DNA from: the human T2T-CHM13v2.0 reference genome, Homo sapiens
Strand: one strand, 5' to 3'
Length of the DNA stretch: 64,000 nucleotides
NCBI RefSeq assembly: GCF_009914755.1
Contig: NC_060947.1
Below, piece after piece: positions 1-20,600 of this stretch (its first letter is position 1; every line of letters starts with the position of its first letter). Below the pieces are notes generated by a model. That model was not told the DNA's origin. It saw nothing but the letters and a program-made list of their open reading frames with translations, and searched no databases. The position numbers and the translations under genes were made by a program.

Positions 1-8029
<8,029 letters not shown>

Positions 8030-11000
8030 GAAACACTTCACCTTCAAACACACACATAGGTTAAAAATAAAGGAATGGAAAAGGATATTCCATGCCAATG
8101 GAAACCAAAAAATTAGCAGAAGTAGCTATACATATACAGACAAACTAGATTTCAAGACAATAGCTATTAGAAGGGACAAAGAAAGACACTATATAATGAT
8201 AATAGGGTCAATTCTGCAAGAGGATATAACAATTTTAAATATATACACAGTCAAAACTGGAGAACCCAGACATATAAAGCAAATATTCAAGCTAAAGAGA
8301 GAGACCCAAATACAATAATAGCTGGAGACTTCAACAGCCCACTTTTAGCATTGGACAGATATCCAACAAAAAATCAACAAAGAAATTCAGACTTAGTCTG
8401 CACTATAAACTAAATGAATATAATAGATATTTACAGAACATTTGATTCAACAGCTACAGAATACACATTCTTTTCCTTAGCACGTGGATCATTCTCTAAG
8501 ATAGATTATATTTTGGGGTAACAAAAAAAGGCTTACAATATTCAAAAAATTGAAATAATATCAAGCATCTTTTCTGACCACAATGGAATAAAACTAGAAA
8601 TCAATAACAAAAGGAATTCTGGAAACTAAAGAAATACATGGAAATTAAACAATATGCTCCTGAATGAACAGTGGGTCAATGAAGAAATTAAGAAGAAAAT
8701 TTAAAAATTTCTTGAAACAAATAATAATGGGAACACAACATATGAAAACCTATGAGATACAGCAAAAGCACTACTAAGAGTGAAGTTTATAGCTGTAAGT
8801 GCCTATGTTAAAAAAGAATAAAAACTTCAAATAAATAACTGAATGATGCCTCTTACAGAACTAGAAAAGCAAGAGCAAAACAAACCAAAAGTTAGTAGAG
8901 AAAATAAAGATCAGAACAAAAATAAATGAAATTGAAATGAAGAAAATAATAGAAAATACCAAAAAAAGAAAAAGTTGGGTTTTTGAAAAGATAAACAAAA
9001 TTCACAAAACTTTAGACAGACTCACTAAGAAAAAAAAGATAGACGATGCAAATAAGTAAAATAAGATGAAAAAGGAAATATCACAACCAATACCACAAAA
9101 ATTCAAAGGATTAATAGTGGCTACTATGAGCAACTATGTGCCAATAAATTGGAAAATCTAGAATAAATAGATAAATTCCTGGACACATACAACCTACTAA
9201 GATTGAACCATGAAGAAATCTTAACCTGAACAGACCAGTAGCAAGTAACAGGATCAAAGTCTCCCAGCACAGAAATGCCTGGGACCCAATGGCTTCACTG
9301 TTGAAATCTAAAAAACATTTAAAGAACTAATACCAATCCTACTCAAACTATTCCAAGAAACAAAGGAGAAGGGAATAATTCCAGACTCATTCTATGAGCC
9401 ATATTGCTCTGATACCAAAGCCAGACAGAGACACATCAAGAAAAGAAAACTACAGGCCAACATCCCTGATGAACATTGATGCAAAAATCCTCAACAAAAT
9501 ACTAGCAAACCGAGTTGCACAACACATTGAGAAGATCATTCATCATGACCAAGTGGGATTTATCCCAGGGATGCAATGATGGTTCAACATATGCAGATTG
9601 GGCAATATGATACATCATATCAACAGAATGGAGGACAAAAACCATGTGATCATTTCAATAGATGCTGAAAAAGCATTTGATAAAATTTGACATCGCTTCA
9701 TTATAAAATCCCTTTAAAAACTGGATATATAGATGGAACATACCTCAATATAATAAAAGCCATATATGACAGACCCACAGCTAGTATCATGCTGAATGGG
9801 GATCAGAACATGACAAGGATGCTTTTTTTCACCACTGTTACTAACGTAGCATTAGAAGTCCTAGCTAGAGCAATCAGACAAGAGAAAGAAATAAAGGGCC
9901 TCCAAATTGGAAAGGAGGAAGTTAAATTATCCTTGTTTGCAGATGATATGATCTTATATTTGGAAAAACCTAAAGACTCCACCAGAAACCTATTGGAACT
10001 GATCAAACAAATTCAGTAACATTGCAGGATACAAAATCAAGATACAAAAATCAGTAGCATTACTATATGCCAACAGTGAACCATCTGAAAAAGAAATCAA
10101 GAGAGTAATCCCATTTACAATAGCTACAAGTAAAATCAAATACGTGAGATTTAGCCAAGGAAGTGAAAAATCTCTGCAATGAAAACTATAAAATATTGAT
10201 GAAAGAAATTGCAGAGGACATACAAAAAAAAGAAAAGATATTCTATGTTCATGGATTGGAAGAATCAATATTGTAAAAATGTCCATACTACCCAAAGCAA
10301 TCTACAGATTCATAGCAATCCCTATCAAAATACCAATGACATTCTTCACAGAAACAGAAAAAACAATTCTAAAATTTATATGGAACCACAAAAGACCCAG
10401 AATAGCCAAAGCTATCCTGAGCCAAAAGAACAAAACTGGAGGATCACATTACCTGATTTCAAATTATACTACAGAGCTATAGTAAAGAAAACAGCATGAT
10501 ACTGGCATAAAAGCAGATACGTAAACCAAAGGAACAAAATAGAAAAGTCAGAAACAAATCCATACATCTACAGTGAGCTCATTTTTGACAAAGATGCCAA
10601 GAACATACATTAGGGAAAAGACAAACTCTTCAATAAATGATGCTGGGAAAACTGGATATCTACATGCAGAATGAAACTAAACCTCTATCTCTTGCCATGT
10701 ACAAAAATAAAATCTAAATTGATTAAAGACTTAAATCTAATATCTCAAACTATGAAACTACTACAAGAAAACACTGGGGAATCTTTCTAGCAAATTGGAC
10801 GGGGCAAAGATTTCTTAAGTCATATCCCACAAGCACAGGAAACCAAAGCAAAAGTGGACAAATGGGATCATATCAAGTTAACAAGCTTCTGCACAGCAAA
10901 GGAAACAATGAACAAAATGAAAAGACAACCCAGAGAATGGGAGAAAATATTTGCAAACTACCCATCTGACAAGAGATTAATAATCAGAATATATAAAGAG

Positions 11001-11041
11001 TTCCAACAACTCTATAGGAAAAAATCTAACAATCTTATTAG

Positions 11042-11537
<496 letters not shown>

Positions 11538-12474
11538 TGAAAAAATGTGCAAAAGACCTGAACAGATGTTTCTGAAAAGAAGAGATACAAATGGCAGTCA
11601 TATGAAAAGGTGCTTAACCTCAGTGATCATTAGAGAAATGCAAATCAAAACTACAATGAGATATCTCAGCCCAGTTAAAATTGATTTTATCCAAAAGACA
11701 AGCAATAAGAAATAGTGCCAAGTATGTGGAGAAAAGGGAAACCTCATACTGTCAGTGGGAATATAAATTAATACAACCACTATGGAAATCAGTTTGAGGT
11801 TCCTCAAAACAACTAAAAATATAGTTACCATATGATCCAGCAATCCCACTGTTGGGTATATACCCAAAGGAAAAGAAATCAGTATATTGAAGAGATATCT
11901 ACACTCCCATGTTTATTGCAGCACTATTCACAATAGTCAAGATTTGGAAGGAACCCAAAATGTTTATCAACAGATGAATGAAGAAAATGTGGCACATATA
12001 CACTCTTGAGCACTATTCAGCCTTATAAAATACGAGATCCTGTCATTTGCAACAACGTGGATGGCACTGGAGGTCATTGTGTTGAGTGAAATAAGCCAGG
12101 CACAGAAGGACAATCTTCGCTTTCATTTTTTATTTTCACTTAGTCATGGGAGCTAAAAATTAAAACAACTGGGCTCAACGGAGATAGAGAGCAGAATGAT
12201 GGTTACCAGAGCCTAGAAGTGTAGTGGGGAGAGAGAAGGGGAATGGTTAATGGGTACAAAACAGTAAAAAGAATGAATAAATTCCAGTATTTGATAGTAC
12301 AATAGGGTGACTATATTTAATAATAATTTAGTTGTACATTTTAAGATAACTAAAAGAGTATGTTTGGATTGTTTGTAACACAAAGGATAAATGTTTGAGA
12401 TTATAGATATCTCATTTACCCTGATGTAATTTATTACACATTGTATGCCTGTATCATCAAAATATACCATATAC

Positions 12475-12640
12475 CCTATATATATATACACACACACTAT
12501 ATATACACATAGTAGGTGGGTATGTATATATATACACATATATATGCTGATATATATATACATATATGTATAATGTATATATACATGCTGATATATATAC
12601 ATATACATATATATGCTGAAGATATATATATATACACATA
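12475..12640. repeat. TA/CA-rich low-complexity expansion inside the L1 3'UTR
   Basis: (TA)n/(CA)n mixture with recurring ATATGCTGATATATATA-like units. Confidence 0.9.
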
Positions 12641-12685
12641 CCCACCTACTATGTACCCACAAAAATTAAAAATTAAAAAAAACAT

Positions 12686-13929
12686 ACTGGTAACAGATTT
12701 GCTGTCATCCTGGGCTTTGATGTTCCATTTCTAGAGCATAGGCAGAGTAAATGTAGCATAATTTTTAAGGGCCCAAGGACTTTCAGAATGATAAATGACC
12801 ATTGGCTTCAACTTAATATCACCAGCTGCATTAGCCCTTAACAAGAGAGTCAGCCTGTCCTTAGAAGCTTTGAAGTCAGGCATTGACTTCTCTCTAGCTA
12901 TGAAAGTTCTAGATGGCATATTCTTCCAACAGAAGACTGTTTCATCAACATTGAAATTCTATTGCTTAGTGTAGCCACCTTTAACAGTTTTCTGAGCTAG
13001 ATCTTCTGCAGCTTCTCCATCAGCACTTGCTGCTTCACCTTGCACTTTTGTTATGGAAATGGCTTCTTTCCTTAAATCTCATGAACCAGCCTCTGCTAGC
13101 TTCAGACTTTTCTTCTGCAGCTTCCTTGCTTCATAGAATTGAACAGAGTAAAGGCCTTGCTCTGGATTTGGCTTAATGGAATATTGTGGCTGGTTTCAGC
13201 TATCTAGACCACGAAAACGTTCTCCGGATAAGCAATAAGGCTGTTTCACTTTCTTATCATTTATTTGTTTACTGGAGTAGCACTTTTAATCTTGTTCAGG
13301 AACTTTTTCTTTGCATTCACAACTTGGCCGGTTGGCACAAAAAGCCTAGCTTTCAGCCTGTCCTGCCTTCCGACATGTCTTTTTTACTAAGCTTTATCAT
13401 TTCTAGCTTTTGATTTAAAGGAGAGACATGTAACTTTTCCTTTCATTTGAACATGTAAAGGCCATTGTAAGGTTATTAATTGGCCTAATTTCCATACTGT
13501 TGTATTTTAGGGAATAGGGAGCCCTGAGGAGAAGGAAAGAGATGAGGGATGGCCAGTCAGTGGAGCAGTCAGAACACACACAACATTGATCAGTTAACTT
13601 TGCTGTCATATATGAGTGCAGTTTGTGGCACCCTGAAAGAACTGTAATGGTAACGTCAAAGATAATTGAATATAGATCTGTAATAGTAACATCAAAGATA
13701 ACTGATTATAGATCACCATAACAAATATAATAGTAATGAAAAAGTTTGAAATACTGTAAGAATTACCCAAATGTGACACTGAGACATGAAGTGAGTACAT
13801 GCTGTTAGAAAAACGGTATAGAGTGTCCACAAATCTTCAATTTGAAAAAAAAACACACACACACAAACAAACAAACAAAATCTCTGCAAAGCACATTAAT
13901 CCAAGGCACAATAAAATGAGGTATGCCTG
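12686..13929 (-). mobile_element. Tigger1 (TcMar/pogo DNA transposon), 5' portion
   Basis: ORF 12731-12919 [34 protein letters not shown] is pogo/Tigger DDE transposase sequence. Terminus GAGGTATGCCTG is followed by TA (reverse complement of the CAGGCATACCTC TIR with a TA target). Confidence 0.92.
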
Positions 13930-13931
13930 TA

Positions 13932-16435
13932 TTAATAATTTCTATCTTCTTTTTTTCTTGGTTAGCCTGGCTAGAGGTTTACTAATTTTATTGATCTTTT
14001 CAAAGAACTAGATTTGGGTTTCATTGATTTTCTCTCTTAATTTCTTGTTTTCAATTTCTTTGATTGCTGCCCTAATTTTACTATTTTATTTCTTCTACTT
14101 AATTTGGACTTAACTTGCCTTTCTTTTCTAGTTTCCTCAGGTAAAAGTTTATATTATTGATTTTATATCTTTCTTTCTAATATGTCCATTAAATGCTATT
14201 AATAGCCTTCTAAGCACTGCTTTTGCTACATTCTGAAAATTTTGATAAATTATACTTTTATTTTCATTTAATTAAAAAAAATTTAACTTTTTCTGAGATT
14301 TTATTTTTGAACAATGTGTTATTTATATGTATGTTTTTTAATCTCCAAATGTTTTGGAGGTTTTCTTCCTATTTTTCTGTTACTAATGACTAGTTTAATT
14401 CCAATATGGTCTAAGAGAATACTTTGTATGATTTTAATTATTTTTAATTTGTTAAGGTGTGTTTTAAAGCCCAAGATGTGATTTATCTTGATAAATGTTC
14501 CACATTTATAGAATTTATAGAATTGACATTCTATGTCAATCAGGTCCAGTTAATTAACAGTGCTTTCAGTCCAATTATATCCTGATTTTCTGCCTGCTGA
14601 ATCTGTTGCTTTTTGAGAGAAGGATGTTGAAATTTCCAACTATAAAAGTGGATTATTTCTTGCAGTTCTATCAGTTTTGGCCTCATCTATTTTAATGCTG
14701 TTTTTAGGCACAGATACATGAAGGATTGTTGTTTCTTCTTAGAGAATTGACCCCTTTATTATGTAATGGCCATTTTTATCCCTGAAGATTTTTCTTGCTC
14801 TGAAATCTGCTTCATGCGATATTGATACAGCTATTCAAGCTTTCTTTTGATTGCTGACAGCATGGCATATATTTCTCTAACCCTTTACTTTTAATATATC
14901 TGGGTCTTTATATTTAAATTGGATTTCTTGTAGACAACATATAGTTGGTTCTTTGTTTTTTATCCACTGTGATAATCTGTGTTTTAATTGGTGTATTTAG
15001 ACCATTCACATTTAAAGTCATTATTGATGTGGTTTGATTAATATGTACCTTTTTATAATTGTTCTCTTTTTCCACCGGTTCTTTATCTTTTTCTATCTTC
15101 CACTCTTTTTTTTTCTTTCCTGGTTTAAGTTGAACATATTATATGATTCAATGTTCTCTTTTCTCTTAGCATATTGTTTGTTTCCTTTGAAAAATTTTAA
15201 GTGGTTGTCCTAGAGTTTGCAATATGCATTTACAACTAATCTAAATCTACTTTCAAATAACACCATACTGGTTCACAGAAAGTGCAGGTACCTTATAAAA
15301 AATATTCCTAGTTCCTCTCTCCTATCCCTTAAACATTTCTGTCATATATTTCACTTATTCATAAGCGATATCCAACATATCATTGCTCTTATTATTTTGA
15401 ACAAACTTTTACCTGTTAGGCCACTGAAACATAAGAAAAATAAAATATTTTATTTTACCTTCATTTATGTATTTTTGAACACTCTTCCTTTGTAATCCAG
15501 ATCCATGTGTCTGACCTATATCATTTTCCTTCTCCCTGAAGGAGAAGGCCTTCTTTTAACATTTTTTTACAAGACAAGCCTACTGGTGACACATTTCCTC
15601 AAGTTTTGTTTGTATGAGAAAGTCTTTATTTCTCCTTCACTTTGAAGGACAGTTTAATTGGATATAGAACTCTAGGTTGGTGGGTTTTTTTCTTTCAACA
15701 CTTTAAATACTTCGTTCCACTTTCTTCTTGCTTTCATGGTATCTGATAAGTTTCTGAAATTCTTACCCTTGTTCTTCTAACGATAAGATGTTTTCCCCCT
15801 CTGGCTTCCTTCAAGATTTTCTCTTTATCTTTGCTTTCCTGTAGTTTAAATATGATATGCTTAAGTGTAGTTTTTTGTTTGTTTATTTTGGTATTTCTCC
15901 TGCTTGGTATTCACTGAGCTTCTTTGCATCTGTGGTTTGGTATCTGTTAATAATTTTGGAATATTCTCAGCCATTATTATTTCAAATATTTATTTTGTTT
16001 CTTTCTCTCTTTCTTCTTCTGGGATTCCTATTACATGTATATCACATCTTCTGTAGTTGTCACACAGTTCTTGAATATTCTATTTTTTCACTAATTTTTC
16101 TCTTCGATTTTCAGCTTGGGAAGCTAATATTGCCATATCTTCAGTTTCACTGATCTTTTCCTGGACCATGTCTAGTCTACTGGTGAGCCCATCAAAGACA
16201 TTATGTATGTAATAGTGTTTTTTTGTTTCTAGCATTTGCTTATTTGCTTTTGATTCTTTCTTAGAATTTTCATCTATCTGCTTGTATTATCTGTCTATTT
16301 TTGAATGTTGTTCACTTTTTCCATTACAGCCCTTAACATATTAGTTATACCTATTTTAAATTTCTGGTCTTATAATTCCTAAATTTCTGCTGCATCCAAG
16401 TGTGGCTGTGATGCTTACCTTGTCTCTTCAGACTG
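13932..16435 (-). mobile_element. Old mammalian LINE-1 (L1M-type), ORF1/5' ORF2 region
   Basis: T-rich strand with L1 antisense motifs (TTATTGATCTTTTCAAAGAAC; GAATTGACCCCTTTATTATGTAATGG; GAGAAAGTCTTTATTTCTCCTTCACTTTGAAGGA). Confidence 0.8.
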
Positions 16436-16507
16436 GTTGTTTTTTTGTTCTTTGGTTATCCAATCCACCATTGATGGGCATCTAGATTGATTCCATGTGT
16501 TTGCTAG

Positions 16508-17105
16508 CAAATATTTGTTGAACATCAGTATGATTCAGGCAGGGTGCTAGTTATCTGTGAAACAATGGTGAGCACAATAGAAATAATCCTTGTCATTATG
16601 AGACTCATAATCTAGAGGTAAGATGCAGACAAGTAAACAGACAACTATAATACAATGTAAAAAATGCCATAATGAGGATCATACAGAGTACTATGTAAGA
16701 ACATAGAAAGGGCAATATAACGCAGATGGGGAGTTAGGGAAGGCTTTCTAGGAAGAAGTTATGATCAAGGTGAGACCTAAAGGATAAATAGGAGCTAACC
16801 AAATAAAGAATGAATAAAAAATGTTCCAAACATGTTTGAAGACCTGGATGTGATAGTTAGGAAACTGAAGAAGTTCACTGTGGCTGGATTGTGAATGTGA
16901 CTGGGGGATAGAGAACAGGGTGGCAAAAATAAGACTGGAGAGGACCCAAATCATGTGAAGCCTTTTGCTCATAGTAAGGAGTTTAGAATTTATCCTGAGG
17001 TAAGTGAGGAGGTGTTGAAAGAATTTAAGCAAGTGAGTGATACAATATGAATTGTACTTTAGGAAGATTCTCTACCTTCAAAATGGGGTATGAATTGGAA
17101 TGTGG
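16508..17105 (-). mobile_element. L2 LINE fragment
   Basis: CAAATATTTGTTGAAC...; GTAAGGAGTTTAGAATTTATCCTGAGG...GAATTTAAGCAAGTGAGTGATACAAT, typical of antisense L2 3' ends. Confidence 0.7.
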
Positions 17106-17211
17106 GAATATAAGAGTGTATTTAACCTTATATTATTACCACCTCTGATTTCTATTTTTAATTAAATTTGAGTTACCCAAGTATATTTGAATGCACTCAC
17201 CTTTAAAAAAT

Positions 17212-17628
17212 AATTAGGACCTAATTCTCACACCTTGTATAAAAATCCATGCAAAATAGATCATGGATTTAAATGTAAACTGTAAAACATTTTTGGAAGT
17301 AAACATAGGATAAAATTTTGGGGAACTACAGGTGGATAAAGAGTTCTTATACCTGAGACCAAAAGCACAAATCTTTAAAAGAAAACAATTGCTAAATTAG
17401 ACTTTATCAAAATGAAAAAAATGCACTGGGAAAAAGATGTTAAGAGGATGAAAAAACAAGGTGCAGACTGGGAAAAAAAAATGCTTGCAAGTCACAACTG
17501 CAATAGATAATTTGTTTCCACAATATATATAAAGTGTGCTTGGAACTCAACAGTAAAAAAAAAATCAAACAATCCAATTAGAAAGTGGTCAAAAACATGA
17601 ACAGACATTGAACTAAAGAAAACAAATA
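17212..17628 (+). mobile_element. Old L1 (L1MC/ME-type) ORF2 3' fragment
   Basis: CTCACACCTTGTATAAAAATC...AAATTAGACTTTATCAAAATGAAAAA...CAATCCAATTAGAAAGTGGTCAAAAACATGAACAGACATT. Confidence 0.7.
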
Positions 17629-20600
17629 GGACAGGCCAAGATGGTCGATTAGAAGCAGCTTCAGTCCATGGCTTTCATGGAGAGGAATGAAAATGGTGAG
17701 TGAATTCTGCACCTTCAACTGAGGGATCCAGGTTCTCACATTGGGACTGACTAGGCAGATGGCTCGACCCATGGACAGCAAGGAAAGCAGGGTGGGGTGA
17801 TGGCCCACCCAGAAGTGGTACAGAGCCAGGACAGCCCCACCCCCAGCCAAGGGAGTTGGTGAGTGATCATGCAATTCTTCCTGGGAAACCACGCTTTTCC
17901 CACAGATCTTTGCAACCTGCAGATCAGGAGATCCCCTTGTGAGCCCACACCACCAGGGCCTTGGGTCTGAAGCACAGGGCTGTATAGAGTCTCAGCAAAG
18001 TAGCTGATCAGGCACACACAGAGACACAGGAGCTTTGCATACTCCACCCTGGAAATTCCAGTTGAGGTGGGATATCATTTGTACATTCCCCTAGGAAGGG
18101 GGCTGAATAAAGGGAGCCAACTGGCATTGTTCTGTGGGCCCCACTTCCATGGAACCTCACAAGTCACAACCCACTGGGTTAGAATTCCAGCTGGCCAGAG
18201 GCAGCAGGCTGGAGATGGCCAGAGGCAGCAGGCTGGAGACAGCCTGAGATGGATTGAGTTCCTGGGGGGAGGGGCAGATGCCATCTCTATGGTTCAAGTC
18301 AGCCATTCTAGCCTGCTGGCTCCAGAGAGTCCAGGTGGTACAGACCAGCAGGAGTTCTCCATAAGGAAGCACAGCTGCTGCTGTGCCGGATCATGGCCAG
18401 ACTACTTCTTTAAGTGAGATCCCAACCCATCTCTCCTCACTGGGATGTGTGGGGAGGGGCTCCCTGTGGGAATTTCAGCAATTCCGACCAGGGTTATATG
18501 GACATAACTCTGATCTCTCCCTGAGATGGAGCCCCCAGGGGGAGGGGCAACCACTGTCTCTGCAGTTCAGCTGACAGCATTTTCACCTGCTGGCTCTGGA
18601 GAGTCTGGGTGGTTTGGACGAGGTGGAAGGATTCCCCCTAGTGCAGCACATCTGCTCAGCCAAAGGGCAGCCAGACTGCTTCTTGAAGCTGGCCCCTGAT
18701 CCCATTCCTCCTGACTGGGTGAGATCTCCCAACAGGGGTCTCCAGATACCTCCTAGAGGAGTGTTCAGACCAGCATCAGGTCGGTGACCACTGGGATGGA
18801 GCTTTCAGAAGAAGGAGCCGGCTGCCATCTTTGCTGTTTTGCAGCCTTCACTGGTGTTACATCCAGGTGAGGGAGGGACCAAGGTGACTAGGGTCTGGAG
18901 TGGACCCCCAGCAAACTGCAGCAGTCCTGTGGAAGAGTGGCCTGACTGTTAAAAGAGAAACAAACAAACAGGAAGCAACAGCAACAACAACAAAAAAGAC
19001 CCCACAAAAACCCCCATTCAAAGGCCAGCAACCTCAAAGATTGAAGATAAACCCACAAAGATGAGAAAGAATCAATGCAAAAACACTGAAAACTCAAAAT
19101 GCCAGAGTGCCTCTTCTCCTCCAAGTGACTACACCACCTTTCCAACAAGGGCACAGAACTGGGCTGAGGCTGAGATGGCTAGATTGACAGAAGTGGGCTT
19201 CATAAGGCAAGTAATAATGTGTTGTGGGAAGTCAGGGACTCCGAACAGAGGGACCAGCTGGAGCTGCAGCAGAGGAACATAAATTATGAAGATTTCACTT
19301 TAATATGGACATATATCAGTTCCCAAAATTAATACTTTTATAATTTCTTACGCCTGTCTTGCTTTAATCTCTTAATCCTATTATCTTCATAAGCTGAGGA
19401 TGTATGTCACCTCAGGACCACTATTGTGTTAACTGTACAAATTGATTGTAAAACATTTGTGTTTGAACAATATGAAATCAGTGCACCTTGAAAAAGAACA
19501 GAATAACAGCAATTTTAGGGAGCAAGGGAAGACAACCATAAGGTCTGACTGCCTGCGGGGTCAGGCAGAATAGAGCCATATTTTTCTTCTTGCAGAGAGC
19601 CTATAAACGGACGTGCAAGTAGGGAAGATATTGCTAAATTCTTTTCCTAGCAAGGAATATTAATAATTAAGACCCTGGGAAAGGAATGCATTCCTGGGTG
19701 GAGGTCTATAGACAGCCGCTCTGGGAGTGTCTGTCTTATGTGGTTGAGATAAGGACTGAAATACGCCCTGGTCTCCTGCAGTACCCTCAGGCTTACTACG
19801 GTGGGGAAAAACCCCACCCTGGTGAATTCAAGGTCAGACCGGTTCTCTGCTCTCGAACCCTGTTTTCTGTTGTTTAAGATGTTTATCAAGACAATAATAC
19901 GTGCACAGCTGAACATAGACCCTTATCAGTAGTTATGTTTTGCCTTTTGTCCTGTTTCCTCAGAAACATGTGATCTTTGTTCTCCTTTTTGCCCCTTGAA
20001 TCATGTGATCTTTGTGACCTACTCCCTGTTCATACACCCCCTCCCCTTTTGAAACCCTTAATAAAAACCTGCTGGTTTTGTGGCTCAGGTGGGCATCACG
20101 GTCCTACCGATATGTGATGTCACCCCGGAGGCCCAGCTGTAAAATTCCTCTGTTTGTACTCTTTCTCTTTATTTCTCAGCCGGCCGACACTTATGGAAAA
20201 TAGAAAGAACCTATGTTGAAATATTGGGGGTGGGTTTCCCCGATAATAATGAACTTCACTAAGCTAAAGGAGCATGTTTTAACCCAATGCAAAAAAGCTA
20301 AGAATCATGAAAACAATGATACAGGAGCTGATAACCAGGATAGCCAGTTAAGAGAGGAGCATAAATGACGTGATGGAGCTGAAAAACACAACAGGAGAAC
20401 TTCACAAAGCAATCACAAGTATCAATGGCAGAATACACTAAGTGAAGGAAAGACTCTCAGAGCTTGAAGGCTATCTTTCTGAAATAAGACAGGTGGACAA
20501 GAAAAGAGAAAAAAGAATGAAAGGGAACAAACAAAACCTCCAAGAACTATGGGATTATGTAAAAAGACTGAACCTATGACTGATTGGGGTACCTGAAAGA

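Noticed and set aside
12213-12734. Tyr/Ile-rich ORFs
   Set aside because: Artefacts of the (TA)n/(CA)n expansion.
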